A stretch of 64,000 nt of DNA, from the NCBI GenBank assembly GCA_050575255.1, contig JBNZDD010013726.1:4919036-4983035 (forward strand), in the 5' to 3' direction. The translations under genes were made by a program, and so were the position numbers. This stretch comes from Harriotta raleighana. Its lineage: Eukaryota. This document shows, piece by piece, positions 12,173-24,320 of this stretch (positions are counted from its first letter, which is position 1; every line of letters begins with the position of its first letter). Under the pieces are notes generated by a model. That model saw only the letters and a program-made list of their open reading frames with translations, had not been told where the DNA came from and searched no databases.

Positions 12173-13413
12173 CAGAAGGCTCTGCTCAGCATACAATAAA
12201 TTCATAATTTTGACAAGGATTAAAACTGATGGCAAACGATGTCGCTCAAGTGAGTTAAGTATCTGAACATGTGCACACTGAGGTCTGTATATTGGTTCTG
12301 GATGGCTGACTCATTCAAGTGGAGATAATACATTGTTGAACCTACTCAGATTTTCCACTGGGTGGCTGTAAAGTGAACTGTTTGGCATTGTCTCCATTGA
12401 TCAGGATTGGGAAAGGCAGAATTCAAATGTGATTTATAAGCAACTGCATTTTACTTTTTATTTCAGAATTCTGAACATTTTAAAATGCAATGGATTTTAC
12501 ATGTCGTGAAATCTTTGATTTCTCTTGCGACTTTAATTGCTGGATCCAAATGATTTTTAAAATTGTGTTTGAAGCAAAGATCTCCCAATTAGTTTTAAAC
12601 ACGGAAACCCACCGTATGGCAGTTTATTAATCAGTTCAGAGCCATTTGTTACATAAACATTTGTATATTACATAGATTCCTGCTGGGAAATGTATGTTTA
12701 GGAAAGGATTCAGAAATGTAAACTTTTTTTATTTTGTCATTGATAATTTTTGCATTCTGTTGTTTGAAATATTCCATTAGTTAACCTACGTACACTGTGC
12801 TATTGTTTATTATTAGACAAATGCCCCTTTTGTATTGCTTAACATCCAAATATTCCTCACAGGAATATGCAATGATTTATACTTTGGTGATTCTGTGCCA
12901 CATATAAAGTTAAGTACATCGATAACAGCAACAACAACTTGCATTTATATAGTGCTCCACACACAGGATAGCATCCCAGAGTGCTTCCTTCACAGTGCTC
13001 CATTAATTGCTGTCAAGGGCACTAATCACGAATGTGGCTGCCTGTGGTTGTGGTTCAGATCAGCAAACTCATCACAAATCAGGAATGAAACCTAAGTTGT
13101 AACTTCACTAGCTTGTCTATCAGGAAAGTACTGCACTCACCAGCACTAGCCACCAGTGCATACCTGCTTATTATCCTTTTAATGTGACAATAACCTAACT
13201 GCATTTTACCGAAACGGTAAACCCTAGATTAGTTCATACTTGTACCAGAGAGATCAGATGGTGGTAGATTTCTTATCTCTATGACGATGCTAACAAAATA
13301 TTATTTTTGATCTTTGCCTGGTGGATTCTGCTAAGTTGCAGTTATGTTATACAGTAAATTCTGCACTCTGGGATGGAGCTATGAATGATGCAAAAAACAA
13401 GCACAGGGAGAGA

Positions 13414-13482
13414 CAACAAAAAACAACAATACAGTTGTATTTATAGAGCGCCTTTCATGTCCGGAGGACGTCCCAAGGCGCT
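13414..13482 (-). mobile_element. L2 LINE 3'-terminal stem-loop fragment (representative of many ~60-100 bp copies)
   Basis: (CAA)n..GTATTTATAGAGCGCCTTTCATGTCCGGAGGACGTCCCAAGGCGCT. Similar copies lie at about 6791, 12930, 18955, 19341, 27425, 33593, 40478, 47362, 55340 and 56310. Confidence 0.75.
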
Positions 13483-14882
13483 GAAAGGGGTTAACCAGGA
13501 ATGTACAAAATTCTAGCGATTGGAGATACAGTAGAAATCATCTTAGATTAAATATTGATCTTGTAGAGGGTTTAAATTCCCCCCACCACCCCCAAAAATA
13601 TCAGTATTTTTACAATTGAATTGAGACACACACACGAGCAAGCCAAAACTGAAAGTGCTAGGATTCAAGACATTGCCTAATAAATCAGCAGTCTGGTATG
13701 GGAACAGCCTTATTCCTGTAATGTTCTTGCATTTGTCAAACAAACCAGAAACTATGATGACTGATCAAAGCATCCCGTCCTCCCCCACCCCATAAACCTC
13801 ATCATATTCCTTACTGCAAATTTCTTGACAGTTATATACATAAATAATAAATTACAGCACACATCATAAGTCTTCCACATCAGTGAAATATAATAAGAAT
13901 TTTGTGGGTTTTAACAACTAAAGGATATTGTCATCAATCCATGAGATAACCACACACACACACTGTTAATAAGAGCACTATTCTTGTATACATGTGTACA
14001 ACTCACTGTGGAGCAGCATTACTTGTTGTGAAGTGAAATAAGATTTTTTTTATTGTACTTGCTGAATTTTTTCCCTGGGCCTACGTTACCTCATGGCGTT
14101 GTCTGCCATTTTATTTTTCAGTATTCTTTTTTAACTGTCCAGTGGAATGATTTCCCACGGGTGGAGTAGAGTAAAGCGCAATAATAAATTCTCGCTGTTT
14201 CATCCAGCAACATTCTGCTCCAGTGTCTGCAGCTGTGAAATTGCAGAACAACCCACCTAAAGGATCTTCCGTTTTTTAAATGATTGTGGAAATGAAGCTT
14301 GCAATTAATGCAAAATACCTCTACTGCTATTGATCAATAGTGATAAATAGGTCTGTATTAAACGTTAAGGTCAAAATTTCACCTGTAGTCTGGACCTTTG
14401 GCACGGTCTGTAATCTTTAATCTTTAAATTGGAAACCATTCCAAAGCAACCCTGAATATCAATGAATTTCCATAATTCTGTACAGATGTACATTTTTGAC
14501 TACATTAGGCTTTTTGTCAATTGTTCCCAGAAGAATGGAAATCCAGAATTGTCTGTTAAGCAGCATTCTAGAGCAGGTTTACTATGATCAAAAGGCACCA
14601 TTTTACTGACATTCTTCCCACTGTCAATGCTCGTTCTTTGAGTCTGATGGTCAATTAAGCATTGCATTCTGACATTTAGATATGGTAGTTGAATATGAGC
14701 CATACTAGTGTGTATAATGATTTGCTCAGCCGTGTGATCCACTACAATGCAAATCTAAATGAATATTTATTTGCATTTACATTTGATGTTTCTGCTAGTA
14801 TAAAAGCCTCACTATGACAAGTCATAGGAAAGAATGAGCAGCCTATTTCCTCAGCAGCCAAATTCCTATTTGTTCCGACTTT

Positions 14883-15186
14883 AATAATCCTTGCATTTGA
14901 TATAGCACTTTTCACGTCTTCTAGACATCTCAAAGTGCTTCACAGAATATACTGTAAAGTGAATTGACTGTATATTTGTGAGCGAAATGTGGCAGCCAAT
15001 TGCACACAGCAATATCCCATAAACAGCCATGGATTGAAATAACCAATTTTATTATTGTGTTTTTGTTTGGAGGGATTATTATTAGGCGTGTGGAGTAAGG
15101 AAACTTGCCCAAGGTTTCGCCTGCCTTGAACTGAACCTGGGTCTCTGGCTTGTAAGGCAAGTGCTCTAACCACTGAGTTACAGGAC
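14883..15186 (-). mobile_element. Deu-domain SINE, near full length
   Basis: On the minus strand the head reads CCTGTAACTCAGTGGTTAGAGCACTTGCCTTACAAGCCAGAGACCCAGGTTCA and continues through the Deu domain to the L2-type tail. Confidence 0.9.
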
Positions 15187-15949
15187 TACTATTTGCAAAT
15201 CACAAACTGGAAAAGGCATATTTTTGGATGAGTCAAAGGTGGATCTGGGCTGATTTGGGTCTGTGCCATGTTTAAATTAGAAAACAGAGATTGGGCGCAT
15301 CTGAATTTACATGTACAATCAAGCTCCTTTTATGTAATGAACAGGTCATTGTTTGTGCTGATAATAATTGCGCCACTGTGAAGTCTGTTTCAATGAGTCC
15401 CGAAGGCTGTTCTGGTTGCTAGTGCATCCATCATCATTGGACTAATTTTCAACCACACTGTGTGCTGCAAGCCTATGCATTCCCTTATGCCACAAACAAA
15501 TTCTTCATCTTCTTCTCCTCTTGCTGCAAATCTACTCATTTCAATTTTTAAAATTATTTTATTCGGCCTGCATTGTTAATTGTCTTTTATCATTGGTTTT
15601 ATCAGATACAATTATTGCTCATGTGTATTCTACTGAACCCACAAATGACAACTGGTATTTGATAAACAGTATTTGTTTTGTACATGGCTGACTCCAGTTT
15701 AACCTAGTACTTTGTGGTGTGAATTAACTGTGAATAATAAATAACCAATTTATTTAGCAATTGTCAAAATAGCACATTGATTGCAATGTTCCTGCATCCT
15801 TACTACTTGCATTTTGTTTAGGGTAATGCACAGGAAACATGAAACACCCAGATATGTAAATTCATAGAACGATCCGGGAGGCCGGAACATGTGATAGAAT
15901 CAGTAAGGTTAAGAAATAATATCAGGTTTTAACCATCAACAGGGTTTAG

Positions 15950-16293
15950 AGTCCTTTAGCATGCTCCTTGCAAACAAAACACCTGGGTTCGATTCCCAGC
16001 AGGATAAAATGTTGAGCAAGTTTCCTTACTTCACTCGCCTCTGTTTACCTAGCAGTAAATAGGTCCCTGGGTGTTAGTCCATTCGTGAATCACTGTTTGG
16101 GTGGTAATAATTTCTTAAAAAAAAAAATAGATTGCTTATGTCAATCCATGCCTGTTTGTGGGACACTGCTGTGCACATTTTACACACAGAATATAAACTC
16201 AATACACTTTACAGTATATTCTGTAAAGCGCTTTGAGACATCGTGAAGATGTGGCAAAGCCCTATATCAAATGCAAGGATTATTATTTTTATT
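15950..16293 (+). mobile_element. Older, longer SINE subfamily copy with CORE-like internal segment
   Basis: GGTTCGATTCCC B-box, then GCAAGTTTCCTTACTTCACTCGCCTCTGTTTACCTAGCAGTAAATAGG (the segment after GCAAGTTTCCTTAC is absent from young copies), the Deu segment and the same tail. Confidence 0.8.
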
Positions 16294-16879
16294 ATATCTA
16301 CGTTTTGGCTTCTGCAAAGTTTACATAGACGAATATGCCACGTTACATTCAAAGTTCTACGGTATACATGTGTTGCATACATTTTAAATACTTGCATAAG
16401 TAGTGATACATGCAAGCTCGAATAACATCCAAGCATAATGCAATGAGTCATGGTACATGGTAAGATCCATTCAAAAGTAGGTTGAGATAGGTGATCCAGT
16501 ACGGTGAGTGTTGTACATAAATGTTACATTGAAACCTCTGGGAGTGAAGCTGCCTCATTTCTGACAGTACAGTGATATGCAGGGTGAAGTGTAATTTACA
16601 TTGCTTGTTCTACATTGAATCAAATGCCTGATTTCAGCATTCTGTGCATGAGGGGTTGCACAGCCCATAAGCTTTCAACGAAGCGTGAAGGAAGAAGTTC
16701 AGTGTTATTTGCCGCATCCGCTGCATGTCGAGTGTACAGGTGGGAATCGCATTGTAGAAGACACGTGGTGTGTTCTCCAGTGCGACAAGGCAAAATGCTG
16801 AATTAAATAGCATTAATTATAATGGCTACTGGCCATGACTTTCATTCACTGTGCGGTGAGAGAGAGATGTATTCCTCCG

Positions 16880-17160
16880 TTCTTCTAATGAGACTTTAAA
16901 CCGAGGTCCTGTCTGAAGTGATTGTGTATTTATATGCAAAGGCAGCAGCCAATTTGTACTGTGCAATGTCCCACAAACAGCCATGAAGTAAATGACTGAC
17001 AATATCAGAGAGATTGTTAACCAGAAAAGTGGGGAATCTCCGTTCCCTTTTCGAGTCATGTCAAGGGATATTTGATTTCCACCCAAATAGGCAGATGGGG
17101 CATCGATTTAACGTTTCATCCAATGTTAGGTGCTTCACTGTACCTATAGATTGTTGCCTT
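16880..17160 (-). mobile_element. SacSINE1/Deu-type SINE fragments (short + piece abutting a longer - piece)
   Basis: GCAGCCAATTTG..TGCAATGTCCCACAAACAGC and GCAGATGGGGCATCGATTTAACGTTTCATCC are minus-strand pieces. ATGAGACTTTAAACCGAGGTCCTGTCTG is a plus-strand piece. Confidence 0.6.
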
Positions 17161-17371
17161 AATATTTCCACGCTGTGGACTCTTAAAAACACACAACCTG
17201 AGTTATTTTAAATCCCATGTGAATGCTGTTGGAAGCTGTAATCAGGATAAATTTATTTGACTTTTAAATGCTGACATTTAGATTTTTTTTTACTGAAAAA
17301 CATTGAAATTAGTGGTCAGAAGCCATCATTATGTATCCATTTGAAGGAATTTATTTCTTAACCAGTTGTCA

Positions 17372-17652
17372 CCCTGGCTCAGTTGGCAGTCCTTGCACCT
17401 GTAGGTCAGAAGGTTGTGGCTCAAGATCCACTCCAGAATTTTGAGCTCATAATCTCATGTGACATTTAGTGAAGCACTGCACTGTCGGGGATGAGATTAT
17501 TCCTCGGATGAGATTATTTGTAGAACCCTAATAATATGGCAATATTGTCTGCCATGTTCACCTACAAACACGCAGTTACAAAATGTTAGAGTAATTCCTT
17601 GGAGACATTTTCGATGTTACAGGCACAATATCAGCTGAAAGGATTATTATAA
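17372..17652 (+). mobile_element. Ancient SacSINE1/LmeSINE1-like SINE
   Basis: TGGCTCAGTTGG...GTCAGAAGGTTGTGGCTCAAGATCCACTCCAGA..TTGAGCTCATAATCT...GCACTGCACTGTCGG...CGGATGAGA. Confidence 0.65.
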
Positions 17653-18187
17653 TATATTATTCAAGTGTAGAACAGTATCACCCCGTGTCTGTTAATAGAT
17701 GCGATAGCATATGGCCTATTTTGTTCATTTTGGTAACATAATTCTTTGCAAGCATTCAGCTGAGTTTGAAACACCACACTTCCACAGTGAAATAGACTAT
17801 ATTTCCCCAAAGATATGGATGCTACTGTCTTCAATTTGTTACAGATGCATATTTGCGGTGGGCTGTGTATTAAGATACATCCCAAAGGTACTGGGAGGTA
17901 CCACTCATTCCTCTTGTTTGAATGTGAAATTCCTCCAGTTCCTAACACTGACACACAGAACGGGATTTGATTAAAGAGAGCTGCCCACCGATAGCAGTGC
18001 AAAGAAGAAAAAATCCAGGTTCCTCAACTGGATTTGTATTCAAATTCAAAGTGTAGAAAGGACCTTCTTAGGTGTACCCATATGTGATGATCAGTGATAT
18101 TCCATGAGGAAAAGTATATATTTTGGCGATAATTTCAAATCAAACCTATTCAATCTCAGTTACTATCTAAAATAGCACTCACCTTAC

Positions 18188-18450
18188 CTGGTTTTGATTC
18201 ATGGTAGGATGAAACCTGGGCAAGTTTCCTTACTCCACATGCCTAATAATTCCTCAAAAAAAAGCAATAATAACTTGGTCATTTCAATCCACAACTGCTT
18301 GTGAGACTCTGCTGTGTGCAATTGGCTGCCGTGTTTTTGCCCACATATATACAGTATTCAATTCACTTTACAGGTATGTTCTGTGAAGCGCTTTGAGACG
18401 TCTAGAAGATGTGAAAAGTGCTATATCAAATGCAAGGATTATTATATTAT
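18188..18450 (+). mobile_element. Deu-domain SINE, 5'-truncated
   Basis: CCTGGGCAAGTTTCCTTACTCCACATGCCTAATAAT...TGCAATTGGCTGCCGTGTT...CTATATCAAATGCAAGGATTATT. Confidence 0.85.
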
Positions 18451-20686
18451 AAATACACTGGAGTCCAACAAACTCCCACAGATCTTTGCTCAGGAGAGAG
18501 ACACATAAAGTCACAGAGAGGTGTTTTTAAGAGAGGTCCAGATAATGGAAAAAAATTATTGGAGTTTTTAATCTGTACCAACAAATTGTTCTTGAGATGA
18601 ATGTTTTGGCCAAATTACATTTCAAATATTATTTGTCCTAAATTATTTGATTGTGATGTGGAAAGAAACAAATGAGGGTAGCTAAGACATTGTGGGGGGG
18701 ATAATTGATTTCAAGGAGCATTCTTGTTGATCTCAGTTAGGTTACTGGCAAGTATGCAGACAATGTTTTTAAGTGGTGTCAATAAAAGGGTGTTAAAAAT
18801 AGCGTACTGCCTTGTATGTAGTGTTGGAACTAAGTGTAGTTGTGAGCAACAATAATTTCCTGAGTGCTCACTGCATACTGTGAGAGCTAACTTTAGAATT
18901 CTTCTTATTGTTCTCCTAAACTGGAGATTTAAAAATCTTTTAATACCACTTAAAACAACAACAAATTACATTTGGTAACGGCTTTCGCGTCCAGACGACG
19001 TCCCAAATTGTATTGTGAGATGTGTTGACTCTTATTACTACAGTATTTTGCGTAGTTTGTTCATAGACTCATTTCAAACTGTCCTTCCTGTGTAAATGTT
19101 TTTGACACTCATTAACAATATCATTAGCCCTTTTTGAACCATGCCCAGCCTGTTCTTAGTTGCTATGTACAGTATTTGGAGAATGTGAATACTTAAGTTA
19201 AGTACTTGTCATTAACAGCTCCCTATAAAAGTCTTGTAAGTAACGACTTCTTACATTTACATAGCATTTTCACGTAGGATAACGTCTCTCGGTACTTTAT
19301 AAGGACAATGTGGAAGCCTGGGCAAGGTGGGAAATAACCACAACAACAACATTACATTTGTATAGTGCCTTTCACGTCAGGAAAATTTCCCAAGGCGTTG
19401 GACAATCAGTATAGGTGGGAAATAAGGGGTAGATGGAAAATGACCAAAAGCATAATCAAAGAGAGAGTTTTTTTTAGAAGGGTGAGGGAGAGTGTGAGGC
19501 ACAGGGATATTTGCAGGAAGTTTGAAATCGGAACAAAGGCAAGGAGGAGTTGCTTCAAATAGCTTCGAACTGCAGAAGGAATGGTTTGCATTTCCATCGC
19601 TGTTTCCTTTCTGTTTTGCCTGTACAAAACATGAATTGTAAAATGGGTACAATTATATGGTAACTTTGATTTCCCGGTTGGTTGATAAGGGAGGGAGACT
19701 TATACACTTAGGAAATGTGCTTTTCAAAGAAAATCATTTAATCTTTTTGAAATAAATAGTTTTCTTTGTTTTCCATCCTTATTTTCTCATTTGAGAACTG
19801 TACATGTAAATTTTTTTACAGGAAGACTAGCCTGTGATAGGGATAAGTAAGCCCACATTGATTCCTTTTGGAGTTCAGAGTTGCTGAATCGTGCATATTG
19901 TCAGCCCAGCTGAGATCGACCAACTCAATACAAGGCCAAACAAGTTTATTGGAGTCCCTTGATCAGAAAGTTGTATCCTATATTGTTTTGCGGGGGTCAG
20001 CTGGTGTCTAACACATACGGAAACCCTTCACTATACCTAAGAATATCCAAACTAAACAAAGTTCCATGCATCCCACCTATTCACAGAAATTCCCAAGATA
20101 TTTATTGGAATGGAATGTAAACTCTCCCTGGATAGACCCAAACCTCTCACTTAATTTCACAGAGTAATTTGCACAGGTTAGAAACAAGTGGATTTGAGCT
20201 TCACAAAAGTCCTATTTATTTCTTGAAGAAAATATTTTAAATGTAATTGCACAAAAACAAGTAAGGATAGGTCTATCAATAGTGCAAACTGCAGGCCCCT
20301 TTATATGGCAGCTATTTGTCTCACCTACATCTAGCTGTTCTCTACCCCTCTATTTTGCTTTCGCTTCCTTCCCCATTCCTAGCATCAAAGTATCCTGTAT
20401 CCAACTGAAAATTATACATTACTACATTCTACTATGTGCATTAGTGTCCCATATGTGCCACTTGCTGGGAATCCTTAAGCCTTACACTAAATACGCATGC
20501 AACCACACTTTCATTCAAATTGACCCAATTCTATCAGTACTTTCCCATCTCTGGCATTAAATCTATACAATTAACCCAAATTCACCCGATTAAAACCATC
20601 GGATTTATTATTCATCGTTAATTCTTGTGACCTCCTCCCCCAAGAAACCCCACATTCAATTCTTTGTTGTTCATTTTTTCTCTTTT

Positions 20687-20981
20687 GTGGAGGCCTGTAG
20701 TTCAGTGGTTAGAGCACCCGCCTTACGAGCGAGAGACCTGGTTTCAATCCTTCGGCAAGATTCCTTAATCCACACACCCAATAATAATCCCTCAAAAAAA
20801 CAATAATAAATTGTTCATTTCAATCCATGACTATTTGTGGGACACTGTTGTGTGCAATTGGCTGCCCCATTTCACCCACAAATATACAGTCAATTCACTT
20901 CACACTATATTCTGTGTAGTGCTTGGAGATGTCTAGATAGACGTGAAAAGTGCTGTATCAAATACAAGGATTATTATTATT
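20687..20981 (+). mobile_element. Deu-domain SINE, full length
   Basis: Starts GTGGAGGCCTGTAGTTCAGTGGTTAGAGCACCCGCCTTACGAGCGAG (A box, tRNA-like head) and ends with (ATT)n. Confidence 0.9.
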
Positions 20982-21626
20982 CAAACTTACCTGCTGGATC
21001 TGGTCAGCATTTGCTTCCTCACACACCATTATTTGCTTCCAAGGTGTTCTTACCTCCTCTTTTTGTGCCTGAACTCTTAAAATGCAAAATCTTCAATCAT
21101 CAGCCAAAGTTCCAAACCACAAGGGCATACATACATTTCTCAATTTAACCTGCCCAATAACAGACTTTGAACGTCACTGAAACCATCAGCTGATCTGTAG
21201 CATAGACATACTCTGTCCTCTGAAGGTGCCTTTACTTCATTTCTAATGAATATTTTTTTTTGTCCATTTCACCAGTGTTAGTATTTTAATAAGAGATAAG
21301 CTTCTAATCAAAAAGTCAGTTTTGACGGTCTAACCAAACCAACACTGCTCAGATTACTTTGTGCTTTGCAGTGGGAATTTTGCTGAAGGCATAACCCCAT
21401 CTGTTTTGGCTCTTCATGCTCTTAAATGGGCATTTTCATTGCCATTGTGATTGTTGTAACGTACTTACAAAAGAAGGACAGATGAAGAAAGCTTGTTTCA
21501 GACCATATTCCAGAGAATCCACTCTTTTGTCTTTCAATTGAGTATCAAGCCATTCTCTAGAAATGAATCCAGTGTCCTGACTTCAAGGACTTTTATTGGT
21601 AACCCATTAAAATTAACCTTCTGAGT

Positions 21627-21885
21627 ACAACAACAACAAAATTACATTTGTAAAGCGCCTTTCACGTCAGGAGGACATCCCAAGGCGTTGGACAGGTTAC
21701 TGCTTCAGACCAGAGCTAAGGACAGGGGGAGGGGTGGGGAGAAGGAATCGCCGATGGGACCATCGAAGAGGAGAGTCTTGAGGCGAGACTTGGAGGAGGC
21801 CAGGGAAGGTGCGAGGCGGAAGGACTTCGGGATGGAGTTCCAGAAGTTGGGGGCAGAGTGACTGAAGGCTCGCCCATCAATGGTG
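21627..21885 (-). mobile_element. L2 LINE 3' end
   Basis: (CAA)n plus the stem-loop tail, then GAAGAGGAGAGTCTTGAGGCGAGACTTG...GGAGTTCCAGA...CTGAAGGCTCGCCC (reverse strand encodes G.RAFS....LWNSIP...FKSRLKTLLF-type C-terminus). Confidence 0.85.
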
Positions 21886-21957
21886 GAGTAAAACTCAATC
21901 TACATACAATATTTATGTAGAAACAGTTAAGACATATAATAATGCTTGATTTGATAC

Positions 21958-22272
21958 AATAATAATAATTCTTGTATTTAATATATCCCCTTACCACATC
22001 TTCAAAATGTCGCAAAGCGCTTAACAGAATATACTATTAAGCGAATTGACTATATTTTGGTTGTGAAATATGGCAGCCAGTTGCACACAGGACTGTCCTA
22101 TCAACCAATATGATTTAGGGATTATTACTCCCAGGAAACCGATCTGCCTATCGACTAACAAGTTTGTACTGAAGTGTTAAACTGCTACACAGGTCATAAT
22201 TATCCTTGCATTCAATATAGAGCCTTATCACATCATTGAGACATCTGAAAGTGCTTCACTGAANATACTGTA
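21958..22272 (-). mobile_element. Two adjacent SINE fragments (older subfamily 21958-22170; tail 22196-22272)
   Basis: Reverse complement of the SINE tail and Deu segment appears twice. Confidence 0.7.
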
Positions 22273-23269
22273 ACACGGAATGATAGTATTTTGTGGTTAG
22301 CAACATCATAACTTACAAATGTCAAACCTCCTGAGAGTATACTGTTATTTGGCAAAGTTTCATTAATGTAATTTCGATATAAAAGGCACAACTAGGCTTT
22401 CGAGGCAAGAAGTGTTCTGGCCAAGTGATGCTCATCATCCATTTCCTCATTCATCCACAATGGGTCAAGTTTGTATTTGAACTGTTGGCTTGCATGTGTG
22501 ATGTATTCTGTTACTTCATAGTTGGATCATCAATGCTGCTACTGTATTTCTGCCACTCTTTTACATAATCAGCTAGTCACTTTTTTGTGTTATTAGTTCA
22601 GAGAACGGAGAATACATGAGAAAGGCCTTGACTTCATCCAATGCTATTGTTTTGACAATCAGAACATTCTTCTAAGTAACTATAATCACGAAGATCTGAA
22701 CAAAGCTCACTTCTGCAAACCTTTGTTCACACATAAATCTTTCTTATTATCCATGCCCAGTTTGGCCACTGTATTGGTTATTTAGATCAGATGATGCGAA
22801 AATAAAAAATGTGAAATAAGTCACTCTCAAATCTTATTGACTATATATGCTTTGCAGAGGAACAAAAAATATATATTTTTTCATTTACAGGCAGTGATGA
22901 TTTATAGCACCCATGAAAGGTGTGCTGCAGAGAAATGGGTCTTTCTACAATGCTGGTGCAAAAATAACATAAGCCATTTTCCACATAGGATGAAAGACTG
23001 CATTATGAAGCAAATGAACAATGAGGATCCTGGGCACACACATTCTTCATATTTCCCCCCTAATCGTGCAATATCCTGCTTTAATATATGTCAAATACTC
23101 TACAACCCACAAATGTCTTTTCCTGTAATTTAAGGCATATTTAACTCGTTTAGGGTGTTGATGTAAGTTTTTAAGATATTCTGAAAAAATGACCTGCTAC
23201 AACACTATTTTTAAATATACATAGCTTCTGTCTGTGATTTAAATTATTACTAAACCTTAGGCCCGTGCT

Positions 23270-24320
23270 TGCAGCTTTATCCCTCCTCCCTCCCCTCATG
23301 AATATTCAAATGCTGCAGTCAGAATCAATGAAGGCATAAGTGGGAAAATACATTAAAATAACTGAAACTTGCTATGGCGAAAGATATATGAACACAAGCA
23401 TTTAATATTAGAGCAAAAATTTCAAGATTTTACCCTTTGGCTGGTTTCCTACCAAACAGATGGAAGGCAGAATGAAGCAATCCCCTTCAAAATGTGGAGC
23501 CTTCTACAAGCCAGTCTGATTATATATTTAGATCTTGCATGAAATGCACAGTAATAAGAAATTGTATCAGAGCTTTGAGGTGGCTTCTATGACCTTCCTT
23601 TAAGTTGTTTCATAGCATATTGCAAGATTAGGGAAAAATGTGGAGAATGTGTCAGTGTGAGAGTCGCATTGTTCATTTGCTCCATAATGCAGTCTTTGGC
23701 CTATGTGGAAAAATGGAAATGTTATTTTTTTTGTCTGCATCAGCATTGTAGAAAGACCCATTCCACCATAGCACAGGTTTGATGGATGTTATAAAATCAT
23801 CACTGTATATAAATACAAACACAAAATAAAATGATTCTCTATTCCTTCGTAAAGCATAAATGCCTATTAATATTTGTCTGTACAGCTTGTGTAATATTTA
23901 ACACATTCTCTAGTTTTGCAGCTCCTGATGTACATAATACCTCTATTAGGATCTTCCCCCATCATTGAAGTCACTTAGGCACTTCCAGCTTGTGGTAGGG
24001 GATACAGCCATAATACTGCCTTCACTGTCCCAGCTGGCTTCTTCATTACATTAATGCATCAGAATGGCTGCACTCTGTGAAGGTTTGCTTCTACTAAGAT
24101 GCAAAGATAGATGAGGAAATCCGCATTATACGTCCAATTAGTTCCTGCCTTTATCAGGTTAAGGACCACGGCATCATCCATGGTTTCATCTTCTTCTTGG
24201 TGACGAAAAGCAAAGAGGGAAAAAAAATCTTTCCCTGAACACTGGCTGTGCAGCTGGTTAAAGGTGTCAGGATCATACTTTACCTAAACCGGCACATTTG
24301 AGCAGATATTTGCGCCAACT
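23270..24320 (+). promoter_or_regulatory. ank3: Putative promoter / 5' UTR of ank3 exon 1b
   Basis: Repeat-free sequence directly upstream of the exon 1b ATG, with a TATATAAA at 23806-23813. The transcription start cannot be placed from sequence alone. Confidence 0.4.

Noticed and set aside
19822-19846. Possible 25-nt microexon (ttttacag|...taa|gtaagc)
   Set aside because: Not frame-preserving, no homology, and such motif pairs are expected by chance in 64 kb.
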